From the NCBI GenBank assembly GCA_036170235.1, contig JAVHOW010000002.1, positions 1-58,262 on the forward strand: a stretch of DNA of 58,262 nucleotides, given 5' to 3'. Below are positions 1 through 9,905 of this stretch, in pieces (within the stretch, counting starts at the first letter, position 1; each line of letters opens with the position of its first letter). The notes under the pieces were generated by a model. The model did not search any database, was not told the origin of the DNA, and worked only from the letters and a program-made list of their open reading frames with translations. The translations under genes were made by a program, and so were the position numbers. This stretch comes from Minisyncoccota bacterium. Its GTDB lineage: Bacteria > Patescibacteriota > Minisyncoccia > Phycocordibacterales > PALSA-1337.

Positions 1-343
1 CTTTCTTGTATCGGCCAAGCATTGGTCCAGTCAAGACGACTGATGCGCGCATATCTTTTGCCAAGTCAGCGTCAATAACTGTTGAGTTTATTTTAGTCGC
101 GTCAATAGTTATGGAGGTGCTACCTCCGTTTTCAACTCTCGCACCTAATTTTCTCAAAATATCCGTGAGTGTCTGAATATCACTGGTATCAGGCACATTC
201 TCTAGTGTAACTGACCCATCAAAAAGTATCGCCGCCGCCATTGCTTTCAATGCAGAATTCTTTGCACCTTTTATGGTCACGGTGCCTTTCAGCGTTTTGG
301 ATCCAGCTAGGCCTTGGATAACGAATGTGTCTTTAGTATTCAT
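1..343 (-). CDS. murA: UDP-N-acetylglucosamine 1-carboxyvinyltransferase, N-terminal part (runs off window)
   Basis: Manual translation MNTKDTFVIQGLAGSKTLKGTVTIKGAKNSALKAMAAAILF matches the MurA N-terminal GAKN motif. Confidence 0.9.
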   Translation of the reverse strand, partial: MNTKDTFVIQGLAGSKTLKGTVTIKGAKNSALKAMAAAILFDGSVTLENVPDTSDIQTLTDILRKLGARVENGGSTSITIDATKINSTVIDADLAKDMRASVVLTGPMLGRYKK

Positions 344-406
344 AAATATATTGTAATCGTTTTTGAGCTATTTCACAAACACGCCAATAAAGAGTATAAA
401 TAGAGT

Positions 407-2440
407 ATGAAACCACTTTTGATCATCACTGTCATCCCTCTCACGCGCTCCAAGGTCGCTGGAGAACTCTCTTATTTCACCGCTTCGGAAGTCCCAATTG
501 GCGCTATCGTCTCTGTTCCACTGCGCTCAAAAAATATTTACGCTATTGTCATCAATGTTCGTCCTGCCGCGGATCTAAAAAGTGAGATCAAAGACGCGAG
601 TTTTCAACTCAAAAAAATTGGTAAAGTGAAAGCTATCGCCTTCTTCCCTCCTACATTTATGGAGGCTTGTAAAATATTGGCAGAATATTATGCTACGACG
701 ATCGGTTCAGTCATTGACACGCTCATTTCCGATACGCTCATGGAAAATGCCAGCCGGATTGCCATGCCCGTTCGGCAGAATCAATTTTTTAATGAAATAA
801 AAACAGCCACGACAATCGACGAAACTTTTGCCATTCAAGGTGATGATGAAGATCGTCTCGGCTCATGGCGTAGCCTCATTCGCCAAGAGTTTGCGCGGAA
901 AAGATCAGTAGCAATATATGTTCCAACTGTTGAAGACGCAAAAACCTTGACTGACGCGTTAACCAAAGGGATTGAAGGGTACATTTTTATTCTGCACGGC
1001 AAGCTTGCTAAAAAAAATATCATTGACACATGGAAAAATATCGTCGAAACTGCCCATCCAGTGGTCATCGTCGCAACTGGTTCATTTTCTATACTTCCAC
1101 GTAATGATATAGACGCTGTCATCATAGAACGCGAGAACAGTCGTGGTTGGATCGGGCAAAAACAACCATATCTAGATATTCGTCACGCGCTCGAAACTAT
1201 CGCCCGAAAGCAAAAACAAACCGTTTATCGCGCCGACAGCATGTTACGCGCCGAAACACTCCACCGCATTGATACACATGAGATAGCGCAAGGTTCACCG
1301 TTCAAGTGGAGGTCTATTTCTAATGCCAAAGATGTGTTGGTGGATATGAGGGTGGAGAAGGGTGGGCAGATACATCTGGAGCGACTTTCGGAGCGAGCGA
1401 AGGCGAGTGAGAAGGAGGTGTCGGCTGAGCACAGCCGAACACCGTTCGCGGAAGATGTATCTGCCCACCCTTCTCCTAACCCAGCCCCATTTCGTATACT
1501 CTCACCAGAACTTGAAGAACTCATTACTTACAATCAGGAATCGAGCACTCACCTATTGATCCTGACTATGCGTCGTGGCTTGTCACCAATCACGATTTGC
1601 AGTGATTGCGAGACCATTGTTTCTTGCACAAAATGTTCCGCGCCAGTGGTTTTGCACACTTCGAAAAATTCCGGCAAAAATTTCTTCATGTGTCACACCT
1701 GCGGCGAGCGCCGAGACGCCAATGAAACCTGCAAAAACTGTGATAGTTGGAGATTGACGCCACTCGGTATCGGGATCGATCGAGTATATGAAGAGATTCA
1801 ATCAAAATTCCCAAGTGTGGATATATTCAAAATAGACGCAGACACGACGAAAACAGATGCGCAAATAGAAGCTACTATTGAAAAATTTCGAGCAAAGCCA
1901 GGAAGTATATTGCTTGGTACGGAAATGACGCTTGTCCATCTCACTGAAAAAATCGACCACATTGCCATAGCTTCGCTTGATTCACTTTTTGCTTTGCCTG
2001 ATTTTCGTATTCAGGAAAAAATTATGTACCTGATAACCAGATTGCGTAGCATGGCAGATCGTTCCATTTTCATACAAACAAGAAAAGCCGAGGAAAAAGT
2101 ATTCGACTATGGACTCAAAGGTAATTTGAGCGATTTTTACCGCGCCACTCTCGACGAACGTAAGCAATTTTCATATCCGCCTTTTTCAACGCTCATCAAA
2201 ATAACTATCGAAGGTAAAAAAGAAAAGATTGCCGCAAACATGGCAGAAGTGCAGGAACTTCTCGAACCTCGAGAAATTGATGTTTTTCCAGCTTTCACTT
2301 CCACTGTTCGTGGTAATTCCATTATTCATGGCATCATCAAACTTCCCGAAGGTGGCTGGACGAATTCAGACCTTATCGAGAAGTTACGAAGTCTTCCGCC
2401 AAACGTGAAGGTTAAGGTTGATCCGGAGAGTTTGTTGTAG
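407..2440 (+). CDS. priA: Primosomal protein N' (degenerate helicase motifs, in-frame palindromic insert)
   Basis: N-terminal 3'-binding-like domain, RRG followed by four CxxC pairs, GIGIDR and LPDFR motifs. Confidence 0.9.
   Translation: MKPLLIITVIPLTRSKVAGELSYFTASEVPIGAIVSVPLRSKNIYAIVINVRPAADLKSEIKDASFQLKKIGKVKAIAFFPPTFMEACKILAEYYATTIGSVIDTLISDTLMENASRIAMPVRQNQFFNEIKTATTIDETFAIQGDDEDRLGSWRSLIRQEFARKRSVAIYVPTVEDAKTLTDALTKGIEGYIFILHGKLAKKNIIDTWKNIVETAHPVVIVATGSFSILPRNDIDAVIIERENSRGWIGQKQPYLDIRHALETIARKQKQTVYRADSMLRAETLHRIDTHEIAQGSPFKWRSISNAKDVLVDMRVEKGGQIHLERLSERAKASEKEVSAEHSRTPFAEDVSAHPSPNPAPFRILSPELEELITYNQESSTHLLILTMRRGLSPITICSDCETIVSCTKCSAPVVLHTSKNSGKNFFMCHTCGERRDANETCKNCDSWRLTPLGIGIDRVYEEIQSKFPSVDIFKIDADTTKTDAQIEATIEKFRAKPGSILLGTEMTLVHLTEKIDHIAIASLDSLFALPDFRIQEKIMYLITRLRSMADRSIFIQTRKAEEKVFDYGLKGNLSDFYRATLDERKQFSYPPFSTLIKITIEGKKEKIAANMAEVQELLEPREIDVFPAFTSTVRGNSIIHGIIKLPEGGWTNSDLIEKLRSLPPNVKVKVDPESLL
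1354..1476. mobile_element. 123-nt palindromic element inside priA (24-bp perfect inverted arms)
   Basis: ggagaagggtgggcagatacatct (1354-1377) is the reverse complement of 1453-1476; length is 41 codons; internal hairpin tcggctg-agca-cagccga. Confidence 0.75.
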
Positions 2441-2445
2441 GTTCT

Positions 2446-2612
2446 GAGAACAGGTGCACACACGTATTTTTTGTGTCGAGAACTGTTTGAGCGAGTAACA
2501 CCGAACTCAAAATTGGAATCACCACTGAGTTTATGTAAAGTCGTAAAATTTTGAGTTCGGTGTACGTTGCGAGTTTCGCAGACACAAAAAATACGTGTGT
2601 GCACCTGTTCTC
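2446..2612. mobile_element. 167-nt intergenic nested palindrome (MITE/REP-like)
   Basis: 32-bp perfect IR 2446-2477/2581-2612 plus an inner 17-bp IR 2498-2514/2547-2563. Confidence 0.75.
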
Positions 2613-2654
2613 TAAAACATTTACGAATCAATGATTCCATGTTACAGTTTACCC

Positions 2655-3185
2655 ATGAAAGACATAGTCCAACGCGACAACCCTGTATTGCATCAGAAGG
2701 CAAAACTTGTCCCTATTGCAGACATTACTTCCACGAAGATCAGAAAAATCATCGCTGACATGGTAGACGCTATGGCCAAGCAGAAAGATGGCATCGCTAT
2801 TGCCGCACCCCAGATCGGTGAATCTCTACGAATATTCGTCGTTTCCGGCAGTCTCCTAAAACAAGCCGACAAGGATTATACTGGCGAAGAAAACAGTTTG
2901 GTATTTATCAATCCCGAAATCCTAAAATTATCAAAAGACAAAAAAGAAATGGAGGAAGGTTGTTTATCCGTGCGTTGGCTTTACGGTAAAGTCAAACGTT
3001 CAACCCGCGTCACACTCCGCGCTTACAATGAAAAAGGCGAAAAGATTGAACGTGGCGCTAGTGGACTTCTGGCACAAATATTCCAACATGAAACCGAGCA
3101 TTTAGACGGCATTCTCTTTATTGACAAAGCGGAACAAGTTTGGGAAATGAGTGAAGAAGAGATAAAGGAGTTACAGAAGAAGTAA
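2655..3185 (+). CDS. def: Peptide deformylase
   Basis: GIAIAAPQ, EGCLS and QHETEHLDG motifs; start MKDIVQ preferred over 2631. Confidence 0.95.
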   Translation: MKDIVQRDNPVLHQKAKLVPIADITSTKIRKIIADMVDAMAKQKDGIAIAAPQIGESLRIFVVSGSLLKQADKDYTGEENSLVFINPEILKLSKDKKEMEEGCLSVRWLYGKVKRSTRVTLRAYNEKGEKIERGASGLLAQIFQHETEHLDGILFIDKAEQVWEMSEEEIKELQKK

Positions 3186-3210
3186 GAAAATAATTTCTAA
3201 GAAATACTCA

Positions 3211-4080
3211 ATGTCACAAGTTAACTTTACTTTCTTCGGCTCATCACGATTTTCTGTAACTGTTTTAGATGAATTAGAAAAACTTGGTTTTATTCCAAGC
3301 CTCATCGTTACAACTCCAGACAAACCTCAAGGTAGAAAATTAATCCTGACGCCAAATGTGGTAAAAACTTGGGCGATTAGTAAAGGAATCAAAGTATTTG
3401 ATCCAGCAAAAATTGATCTGCCATTTATTGAACAATTGAAACAAGAATCGTCCGACGTATTCATAGTTGCTTCATACGGAAAAATACTCCCTGAGACACT
3501 TATCAATCTTCCACCGCAAAAAACCCTAAATATCCATCCTTCATTGTTGCCGAAATATCGTGGCGCTTCCCCGTTGCAATCAGCAATGCTCGATGACCAA
3601 AAAAATACTGGCGTTACGATTATGAGAATAGATGAAAAAATGGATCATGGTCCTATCGTCGCGCAAAAAAATGTCACCATGATTGAGTGGACAACCTACG
3701 AAGAATTTGAAATATTAATGGCTCGTGAAGGCGCGAATCTTATCGCCTCAATTTTACCAGATTGGGTTGCGGGAAAAATCATAGAAAAAGAGCAGAATCA
3801 TTCGTCCGCGACTTATACCAAAAAGATGACCAAGGAAGATGGTTTGATCGATTTACAAGCTGAAAATGTCGACCCTTATCTAAATTTTCGTAAAATACAG
3901 GCGTATCATGAGTGGCCGCAAGCATATTTCTTCATAGAACATACTGAAAAAAAGATTCGGGTAAAAATTACCGCCGCCTCATTCAAAAACGGCGAACTAA
4001 TCATCGAAAAAGTCATCCCCGAAGGCGCGAAAGAAATAAGTTACAAAGATTTTCAGAGCGGATACTTAAAAATTTCTTAG
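3211..4080 (+). CDS. fmt: Methionyl-tRNA formyltransferase
   Basis: NIHPSLLPKYRGASP and DHGP motifs; follows def. Confidence 0.95.
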   Translation: MSQVNFTFFGSSRFSVTVLDELEKLGFIPSLIVTTPDKPQGRKLILTPNVVKTWAISKGIKVFDPAKIDLPFIEQLKQESSDVFIVASYGKILPETLINLPPQKTLNIHPSLLPKYRGASPLQSAMLDDQKNTGVTIMRIDEKMDHGPIVAQKNVTMIEWTTYEEFEILMAREGANLIASILPDWVAGKIIEKEQNHSSATYTKKMTKEDGLIDLQAENVDPYLNFRKIQAYHEWPQAYFFIEHTEKKIRVKITAASFKNGELIIEKVIPEGAKEISYKDFQSGYLKIS

Positions 4081-4111
4081 ATCAAGTGGTGAGACCAAGT
4101 ATAACGTGACA

Positions 4112-4291
4112 TTATTCATAATTATAAGTAGACGTATCCAGCATGTTGAAATTTTTGCCGATAGCTTCAGCTTTTTGGGTGAAATAATAGAGAAGTGTCC
4201 AAAAACAAAGTAAGCTAATAAACGCAATGCACAACCATTGATTTACCGGTTGCTTCATTTCCGCCAAACTAAAGAAAGAATTTTTATTCAT
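4112..4291 (-). CDS. Small single-TM hypothetical protein (59 aa)
   Basis: Manual translation MNKNSFFSLAEMKQPVNQWLCIAFISLLCFWTLLYYFTQK...; below the ORF-track cutoff. Confidence 0.45.
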   Translation of the reverse strand: MNKNSFFSLAEMKQPVNQWLCIAFISLLCFWTLLYYFTQKAEAIGKNFNMLDTSTYNYE

Positions 4292-4332
4292 AAACTATAA
4301 TAAATAATCCGTAAAATTATACTATTTTAATT

Positions 4333-4701
4333 TTATCCCCATGGCCACATGCCTTTCATCATAGCTTTGACCTTGGCTCCACCACGACGAATGCGTGAAG
4401 TACTTTTTTTCTTGCTAGCGTTCAGTTCACGCAAGACTCCATCTTGAACTTCATCAACAGCGACGTACAAATCTTCTTTTTCGGCACTGGTATAAATATT
4501 GATACCAGAACCAACTAGATGTATCTCACAGCGAAATACGTCCCCTTTGTGATGATGCGCGGTCGTGCGGCCAAGCTCAACATCACATTGTGCTGACGAA
4601 TCGTCACTAGTAAGTTTCGAGATCTTTTCAAGACGCTTGTTGACGTACGCTGAAATCGCTTCTGTCAAAGTTATGTTGGTTGTTTTTATATGTATATTCA
4701 T
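4333..4701 (-). CDS. raiA: Ribosome hibernation factor RaiA/HPF
   Basis: NITLTEAISAYVNKRLEKI and EDLYVAVD pattern. Confidence 0.85.
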   Translation of the reverse strand: MNIHIKTTNITLTEAISAYVNKRLEKISKLTSDDSSAQCDVELGRTTAHHHKGDVFRCEIHLVGSGINIYTSAEKEDLYVAVDEVQDGVLRELNASKKKSTSRIRRGGAKVKAMMKGMWPWG

Positions 4702-4713
4702 AAAGTTATTATA

Positions 4714-4935
4714 TCAGTTTTTTTCCTCCAAGGAAATAATCTTGGCGGACGCATGATGGCCGTTGACTATTCGTACACGCATGCTGGCATATATACGCCG
4801 TATGATCTCCAAAATTCTTTCATTCGCCTTGTTGTCTTCGGCTGGTTCGCGCACAGAAATATCATAGCGGTCGTCAGCTATCTTTTCGACTTTTTCTTTT
4901 TTGGCGTCTGTGGTGACGTGGATCTTTAGGTACAT
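4714..4935 (-). CDS. DUF167/YggU family protein
   Basis: ISVREPAEDNKANER and IVNGHHAS pattern. Confidence 0.8.
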   Translation of the reverse strand: MYLKIHVTTDAKKEKVEKIADDRYDISVREPAEDNKANERILEIIRRIYASMRVRIVNGHHASAKIISLEEKN

Positions 4936-5110
4936 AATAAGGGTAGTTTAGAGAGTAGAATTGGAAATAGAATAAAAGCAATTTTGATTTACTTGGTGAG
5001 ATATGGTACATTTTGGCATGTAATTGCATTCTGCGGTAGCTGTTTTGGTAGGTATACGGACAATCCGTACCATCTAACTTAATAGATATCGTGTGTAAAA
5101 ACATTAACAT

Positions 5111-5183
5111 TCCGCGGTAGCTCAGCTGGTAGAGCGGCTCCCTGTTAAGGAGTTGGTCGTAGGTTCGAATCCTACCCGCGGAG
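5111..5183 (+). tRNA. tRNA-Asn(GTT)
   Basis: Acceptor tccgcgg/ccgcgga, anticodon loop ctGTTaa, T-loop gttcgaatc. Confidence 0.95.
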
Positions 5184-5258
5184 CAAATTTATACTAATAA
5201 ACCAAATCTAGTTTCCTAATCAAAGGATTATCCTTAAATAACATGCTAGAATATCTAT

Positions 5259-5741
5259 ATGAAACTCAACTCCTTTCTCAAACTCATCATCACCATCATC
5301 GTCTCCGAGCTAGCCGGTATCATCGGAACCATCTTTACAGTCTCCGCTATCCCAACCTGGTACGCAACACTGGCAAAACCGGTGCTCAATCCACCGAGCT
5401 GGATATTCGGTCCGGTCTGGACGACCCTCTATGCCCTCATGGGTATTGCCGCATTCATGGTTTGGAAGAAAGGTTGGGATCGTAAAGATGTACGAAAAGC
5501 TCTTGCTGTTTTCGGACTTCAGCTTATTCTCAATGCAATCTGGTCAATCATCTTCTTTGGCTTACACAGTCCTCTCTGGGCACTTATTGATATCGCTCTC
5601 ATGTGGCTTGCGATCGTCTGGACCATGGTTCTCTTTTACAAAATCTCAAAGCCAGCAATGTGGCTACTCCTGCCATACATCCTTTGGGTAAGTTTCGCCG
5701 CATATCTCAATTACTCGATTTGGATTCTGAACCTAATCTAA
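5259..5741 (+). CDS. tspO: TspO/MBR tryptophan-rich sensory protein
   Basis: WYATLAKPVLNPPSWIFGPVWT and LLPYILWVSFA motifs. Confidence 0.93.
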   Translation: MKLNSFLKLIITIIVSELAGIIGTIFTVSAIPTWYATLAKPVLNPPSWIFGPVWTTLYALMGIAAFMVWKKGWDRKDVRKALAVFGLQLILNAIWSIIFFGLHSPLWALIDIALMWLAIVWTMVLFYKISKPAMWLLLPYILWVSFAAYLNYSIWILNLI

Positions 5742-5901
5742 CTCATCAACTATCACGTCTCTACTTACCATCGCAAAAGTTGTTTTCTTTCTAGTATTTG
5801 GTATTAGTCATTTCTTCCCGTTCAAATACTCGGCCATTATTACTGCAATCGCAGCAATAGTAGTCGGAGTACTTCTGATCGTAAGACTATAAGTGCACAT
5901 C

Positions 5902-7098
5902 CTACACAAATGGTAGAAAAACTGAAAAGGTACTCCCTTTTCCAAGAGTACTCTCTGCGGTAATTTTACCTCCGTGAGCTTCGACAATCCATTTTGTAAT
6001 AGCGAGTCCGAGACCAGATCCATTATTGTCATTTAAACTGGAACGTGATTTATCTACTCTGTAAAATCTTTCGAAAACACGCTCAAGATCGTCAGATGAT
6101 ATGCCTACGCCATCATCGTGTATGTCAATTTTGATCATATTTCCCTTAATTATTCCTGATATGGAAATATGACCATGATCTCTTCCGTAAGTGACCGCGT
6201 TTTTAACGATATTTGTAAAAAGCTTATTTAAATATGATTCATCTGCAAATATTGAAACAGGTGGAATTTTTTTTATTTGAACAACAATACTTTTTTTATT
6301 AGCCAAAGTTATCCATCGTTCTGATATCTTTTTAATGAACGGCGATAGTTTTATTTTCTTAGTTTGTATTTTTCTTTGAACATGAGAATCTTTTGACGTA
6401 AGTACCGATAATTCTGAAAGAATTTCCGTCAAATGTTGTATTTCCGTGTTTATTGTTTTGAAAGCAATGGATTGATTGGTGGCATAATAATTTTTCATAG
6501 ACAGGTCAACTGTGCCTTTTATTATTGCCAAAGGTGTACGAAGCTCATGCATGGCATCAGCCAGAAACTCCGTCCTCAATTCTTCTTCCTTCATTTTCCT
6601 TCTATATTCTTCATTCTTTTTCAGAATTTCCTTGTTACGAAAAATGGTAATAACCTGAGCAATATTACTTCCGATAAGAGTGCATAAAATTCTTTTTTCT
6701 TTTGAAAATGTTTCTAATTTCTTAAAACAAATAACAATATTGCCATATATATTATCTTGATATGTAATCGGAATGATCACAAAACTCTTCATGTACTTAC
6801 TCACATCATATTTATCCTTTCGTTTTTCTACTATAGAGACAAAATCTGGCTGGAAACTTTTGAAAACTTTGGTATTGCGGCCACCCATTGTGGGAGAAAG
6901 TGGCGTATAAGGCAAGTTATGACTTCGATAGGCTAGTTCAAATTCCTGACCTTTTTTGCAAAACCAGACAAAACCAAAGTTTGCCCCCAAAATATCCACT
7001 GCTAATTCCGTAAAAGTGCTGATGATTTTATTTTCATCAGTCTCATTCAAACATTGAATGGTTGCTTCATTTAATAAAATTAATGTATCTGTAATCAT
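5902..7098 (-). CDS. Cytoplasmic GAF-HisKA-HATPase sensor histidine kinase (no adjacent response regulator)
   Basis: H-box HELRTPL, N-box NIVKNA, DDGVGI, FERFYRVD, GSGLGL. Confidence 0.9.
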   Translation of the reverse strand: MITDTLILLNEATIQCLNETDENKIISTFTELAVDILGANFGFVWFCKKGQEFELAYRSHNLPYTPLSPTMGGRNTKVFKSFQPDFVSIVEKRKDKYDVSKYMKSFVIIPITYQDNIYGNIVICFKKLETFSKEKRILCTLIGSNIAQVITIFRNKEILKKNEEYRRKMKEEELRTEFLADAMHELRTPLAIIKGTVDLSMKNYYATNQSIAFKTINTEIQHLTEILSELSVLTSKDSHVQRKIQTKKIKLSPFIKKISERWITLANKKSIVVQIKKIPPVSIFADESYLNKLFTNIVKNAVTYGRDHGHISISGIIKGNMIKIDIHDDGVGISSDDLERVFERFYRVDKSRSSLNDNNGSGLGLAITKWIVEAHGGKITAESTLGKGSTFSVFLPFV

Positions 7099-7142
7099 TT
7101 TTATAAAAAAGCGGACGAAGAATAACCTTGATCCGCCTGTTA

Positions 7143-7976
7143 CTACATAGCCATGACGGTCATGGCTGTCACTATTTTGCCAAAATAATTATAGTGCTTC
7201 ACAAACCGAGCTTCGACTGGGCAACCAGCGCCACGAGCCAGATTTGATAGTATCATCCTCTTACTTCGTCTAATACTTGTCCCACCGCATGTGTCACAGG
7301 TATCTACTGGATTTTGGTCAGACAAAGCGTTTATGATGACTACGGCTTTTCGCTTTAAAGTATTTTGTCCTTTACTGAAAGCAGTTCGGCCAATCTCTTG
7401 AAGAACTACTTTAGCTGATGGCGTTGACAGACAATTCAAGAGACGGCAGAGATACCATATATCTACACTTCCCAATTTGAGTCCAGCTTTACTAGGATCA
7501 GCTAGCAGTGACTGTATCTCAAACGTCTTCACTTGTGACTCTTGGTAAATAGACTGAATAGGTTGTGGCATGGCATCGAATTGATTTCGTAGATTAGATA
7601 TTGCCCAAATCCATGCCACAGGACTCACATCAACCCACCATGTTTGGAATCCTGCCTTAGTTGCCTCCTGCAACCATCTGGAATCATAACCTCGTCCATA
7701 ACCAACCGCCATGATTTTCTTATTACCAAACCGCCGACGGTCGAAGTCTGAATTATCGGTCATCCGTGCGATGATTTTTTTGAAGTAACTCACCGCAAAT
7801 TTTCCAAATAAAACATTCCTCATCCGAGCTTCGGTAATGCTTAACCCTTTTGCCTTGTCTTCCTTCGGAACAAAAGCAAGAGGGTCTTTGAGTCTTTCGT
7901 CCCAAAAACGCGCCAGCTCGGCTTGTTTCATTGGAGAAAGAGCCTTAAAACCAAAACCTTTTGCTTTTGTATTCAT
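7143..7976 (-). CDS. Hypothetical protein, possible divergent class I SAM-dependent methyltransferase
   Basis: AVGYGRGYD resembles motif I and is followed by WWVDVSP; consensus promoter upstream. Confidence 0.5.
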   Translation of the reverse strand: MNTKAKGFGFKALSPMKQAELARFWDERLKDPLAFVPKEDKAKGLSITEARMRNVLFGKFAVSYFKKIIARMTDNSDFDRRRFGNKKIMAVGYGRGYDSRWLQEATKAGFQTWWVDVSPVAWIWAISNLRNQFDAMPQPIQSIYQESQVKTFEIQSLLADPSKAGLKLGSVDIWYLCRLLNCLSTPSAKVVLQEIGRTAFSKGQNTLKRKAVVIINALSDQNPVDTCDTCGGTSIRRSKRMILSNLARGAGCPVEARFVKHYNYFGKIVTAMTVMAM

Positions 7977-8014
7977 AATAACGTCCTAAATATCAATGAG
8001 CCTTTATTGCTTTA

Positions 8015-8043
8015 AATGTACCATTTATTAATATGCTTGTCAA
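8015..8043 (-). promoter_or_regulatory. Sigma-70 promoter for 7143..7976
   Basis: Minus strand TTGACA-17 nt-TACATT with extended -10 TG. Confidence 0.7.
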
Positions 8044-8109
8044 TGTTGCAAATTGGTTGTAGATTATTATTTTTTGTAATTAGTTCTATAATTCTGATAT
8101 AATCACACG

Positions 8110-9069
8110 ATGAAAAGTCGTTTTCCATTAATTTTTATACTCATAATTGTGATCGGTGGTGGAGTTGCCTACTACTATTCACAGCCTGTCAGACATCTTC
8201 TTGAACCAATCGTAATCACCGTACAGAAAAAATTCGCGCCACCAGCTCCTTGCACGGAACCAATTTTATATTCAATTAATTCGTCTGATGACCGATTCGC
8301 TATCAGTTCAACTCAATTAAAAAAAGATATCGTGCAGGCCGCGAGTATTTGGAATGCCGCGCTCGGAAAAAAACTTTTCGCGTACGACGCCAACGGTTCA
8401 TTGAAGATAAACCTTATCTACGACTACCGCCAACAAGCAACCGTTCAATTGAACAAGATCGACACCGTCATCTCGAGTGATAGAGCAACTTACGATGCGC
8501 TCAAGGTGAAATATGACGCTATGTCACAACAATATCTTCAAGCTAAAGCTGATTTGCAAGCAAAGGTAGACGCCTACAACCAAGAAATGGCTTCATACAA
8601 TGAACAAGTCGCCTCATGGAATGATCGTGGTGGCGCGCCGCCAGCTGAATACGAAAAACTCCAGATTGAAAAACAGAATCTAAACAACCAAGCCACCACT
8701 CTTGATTTGGAACGTTCAGCTTTCAATCAATTGGCAGATACATTAAATTCATTGGTACCTCAGCTAAATCAACTTGCTCGCACATTGAACATTAACGTCA
8801 AAACATACAATACCGTTGGAGCTTCGACGGGCGAACAATTCAATGAAGGCGAATACGTGGAAGATGCTAACGGCACGCGTATAAATATTTATCAATTCAA
8901 AAATGAAAATCAACTGATCAGAGTTTTTGAACATGAGCTGGGACACGCTCTTGGTCTTGGACACGTTCAAGATCCAAAAGCAATCATGTACTATTTGAAT
9001 GAAGGAACAAATGAAAAATTGACTGCTAGCGACATGTCAGAGCTTAAAATAGTTTGTAACAGTAAATAA
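8110..9069 (+). CDS. Membrane-anchored matrixin-family (M10-like) zinc metalloprotease with coiled-coil insert
   Basis: HELGHALGLGH plus Met-turn AIMY; N-terminal TM. Confidence 0.85.
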   Translation: MKSRFPLIFILIIVIGGGVAYYYSQPVRHLLEPIVITVQKKFAPPAPCTEPILYSINSSDDRFAISSTQLKKDIVQAASIWNAALGKKLFAYDANGSLKINLIYDYRQQATVQLNKIDTVISSDRATYDALKVKYDAMSQQYLQAKADLQAKVDAYNQEMASYNEQVASWNDRGGAPPAEYEKLQIEKQNLNNQATTLDLERSAFNQLADTLNSLVPQLNQLARTLNINVKTYNTVGASTGEQFNEGEYVEDANGTRINIYQFKNENQLIRVFEHELGHALGLGHVQDPKAIMYYLNEGTNEKLTASDMSELKIVCNSK

Positions 9070-9188
9070 AAGGTATTCACGACACGAATTCACCATATAA
9101 ATATCTGTAATGAAAAGACGCTAACTACGTCTTTTATTATGTACCCGACATCACAAATAGATCATGTATCTTTATTTTCAAAATACCC

Positions 9189-9770
9189 ATGAATCCCTTC
9201 CCTCCTACATATCGCTCCATGCGAGCTTTCATAACGACTTTAAGTACACCGAAAATAGATCGGCTGATGAGGCGAGTTATGCTGGGAGCATTGATCGCTG
9301 ATCTGATTATACTGCCAGCGAGTTTTATAAAACTATCTTCCTCACTAAAAATAATTCCAGTTATGGCGGCCACTCATGCTGTTAGTGGTGAAGTACTCGT
9401 AGGACCAGCAACAACATTATTTATGCAACAACTCAAAGATAATAACTTCGTTCCTGTAGTCTTCAAAAAGATTATTCGCCGTCCATTCACAGGCGACGGT
9501 AGTTTGATTACCTTGAACGGAGACAATGTTCAGGTTTTTGAATATTCTGACAATGATACAGCCATGAAAGATGCCTCCTTGCTTGCGGATAAATACGCGG
9601 TTGGTTCACAAAAATTGGTGTGGAAAAAGAATATGCACGTATACATCAATGATAAACTAGTGATTTTTTACTTTGGGAGCCAATCTCCAATAACGACTCT
9701 GCTTGATCAAAATGCTGTGGCATTTTTAACACCACCAGCTAAACCTTCGCCAGCATTATCAGTTAAATAA
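9189..9770 (+). CDS. Hypothetical membrane-anchored protein
   Basis: 193-aa ORF with one hydrophobic segment. Confidence 0.6.
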   Translation: MNPFPPTYRSMRAFITTLSTPKIDRLMRRVMLGALIADLIILPASFIKLSSSLKIIPVMAATHAVSGEVLVGPATTLFMQQLKDNNFVPVVFKKIIRRPFTGDGSLITLNGDNVQVFEYSDNDTAMKDASLLADKYAVGSQKLVWKKNMHVYINDKLVIFYFGSQSPITTLLDQNAVAFLTPPAKPSPALSVK

Positions 9771-9787
9771 AGGTATTACACCCTTTC

Positions 9788-9850
9788 TTCCGTCTTCGCT
9801 CGGACGCTGTGCGAATAACACATTCGCACGCGATACATCGCTAGACGGAA
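9788..9850. repeat. Short nested palindrome (REP-like)
   Basis: ttccgtct...agacggaa enclosing gtgcgaat-aacac-attcgcac. Confidence 0.5.
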
Positions 9851-9861
9851 TAAATTAAAAA

Positions 9862-9890
9862 AACTTCTCCACCTGTCACATGGAGAAGTT
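9862..9890 (-). terminator. Intrinsic terminator of the second sigma gene
   Basis: aacttctcca-N9-tggagaagtt with an adjacent A-run (U-tract on the minus strand). Confidence 0.6.
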
Positions 9891-9905
9891 GTGTGAAGTT
9901 ACGAA

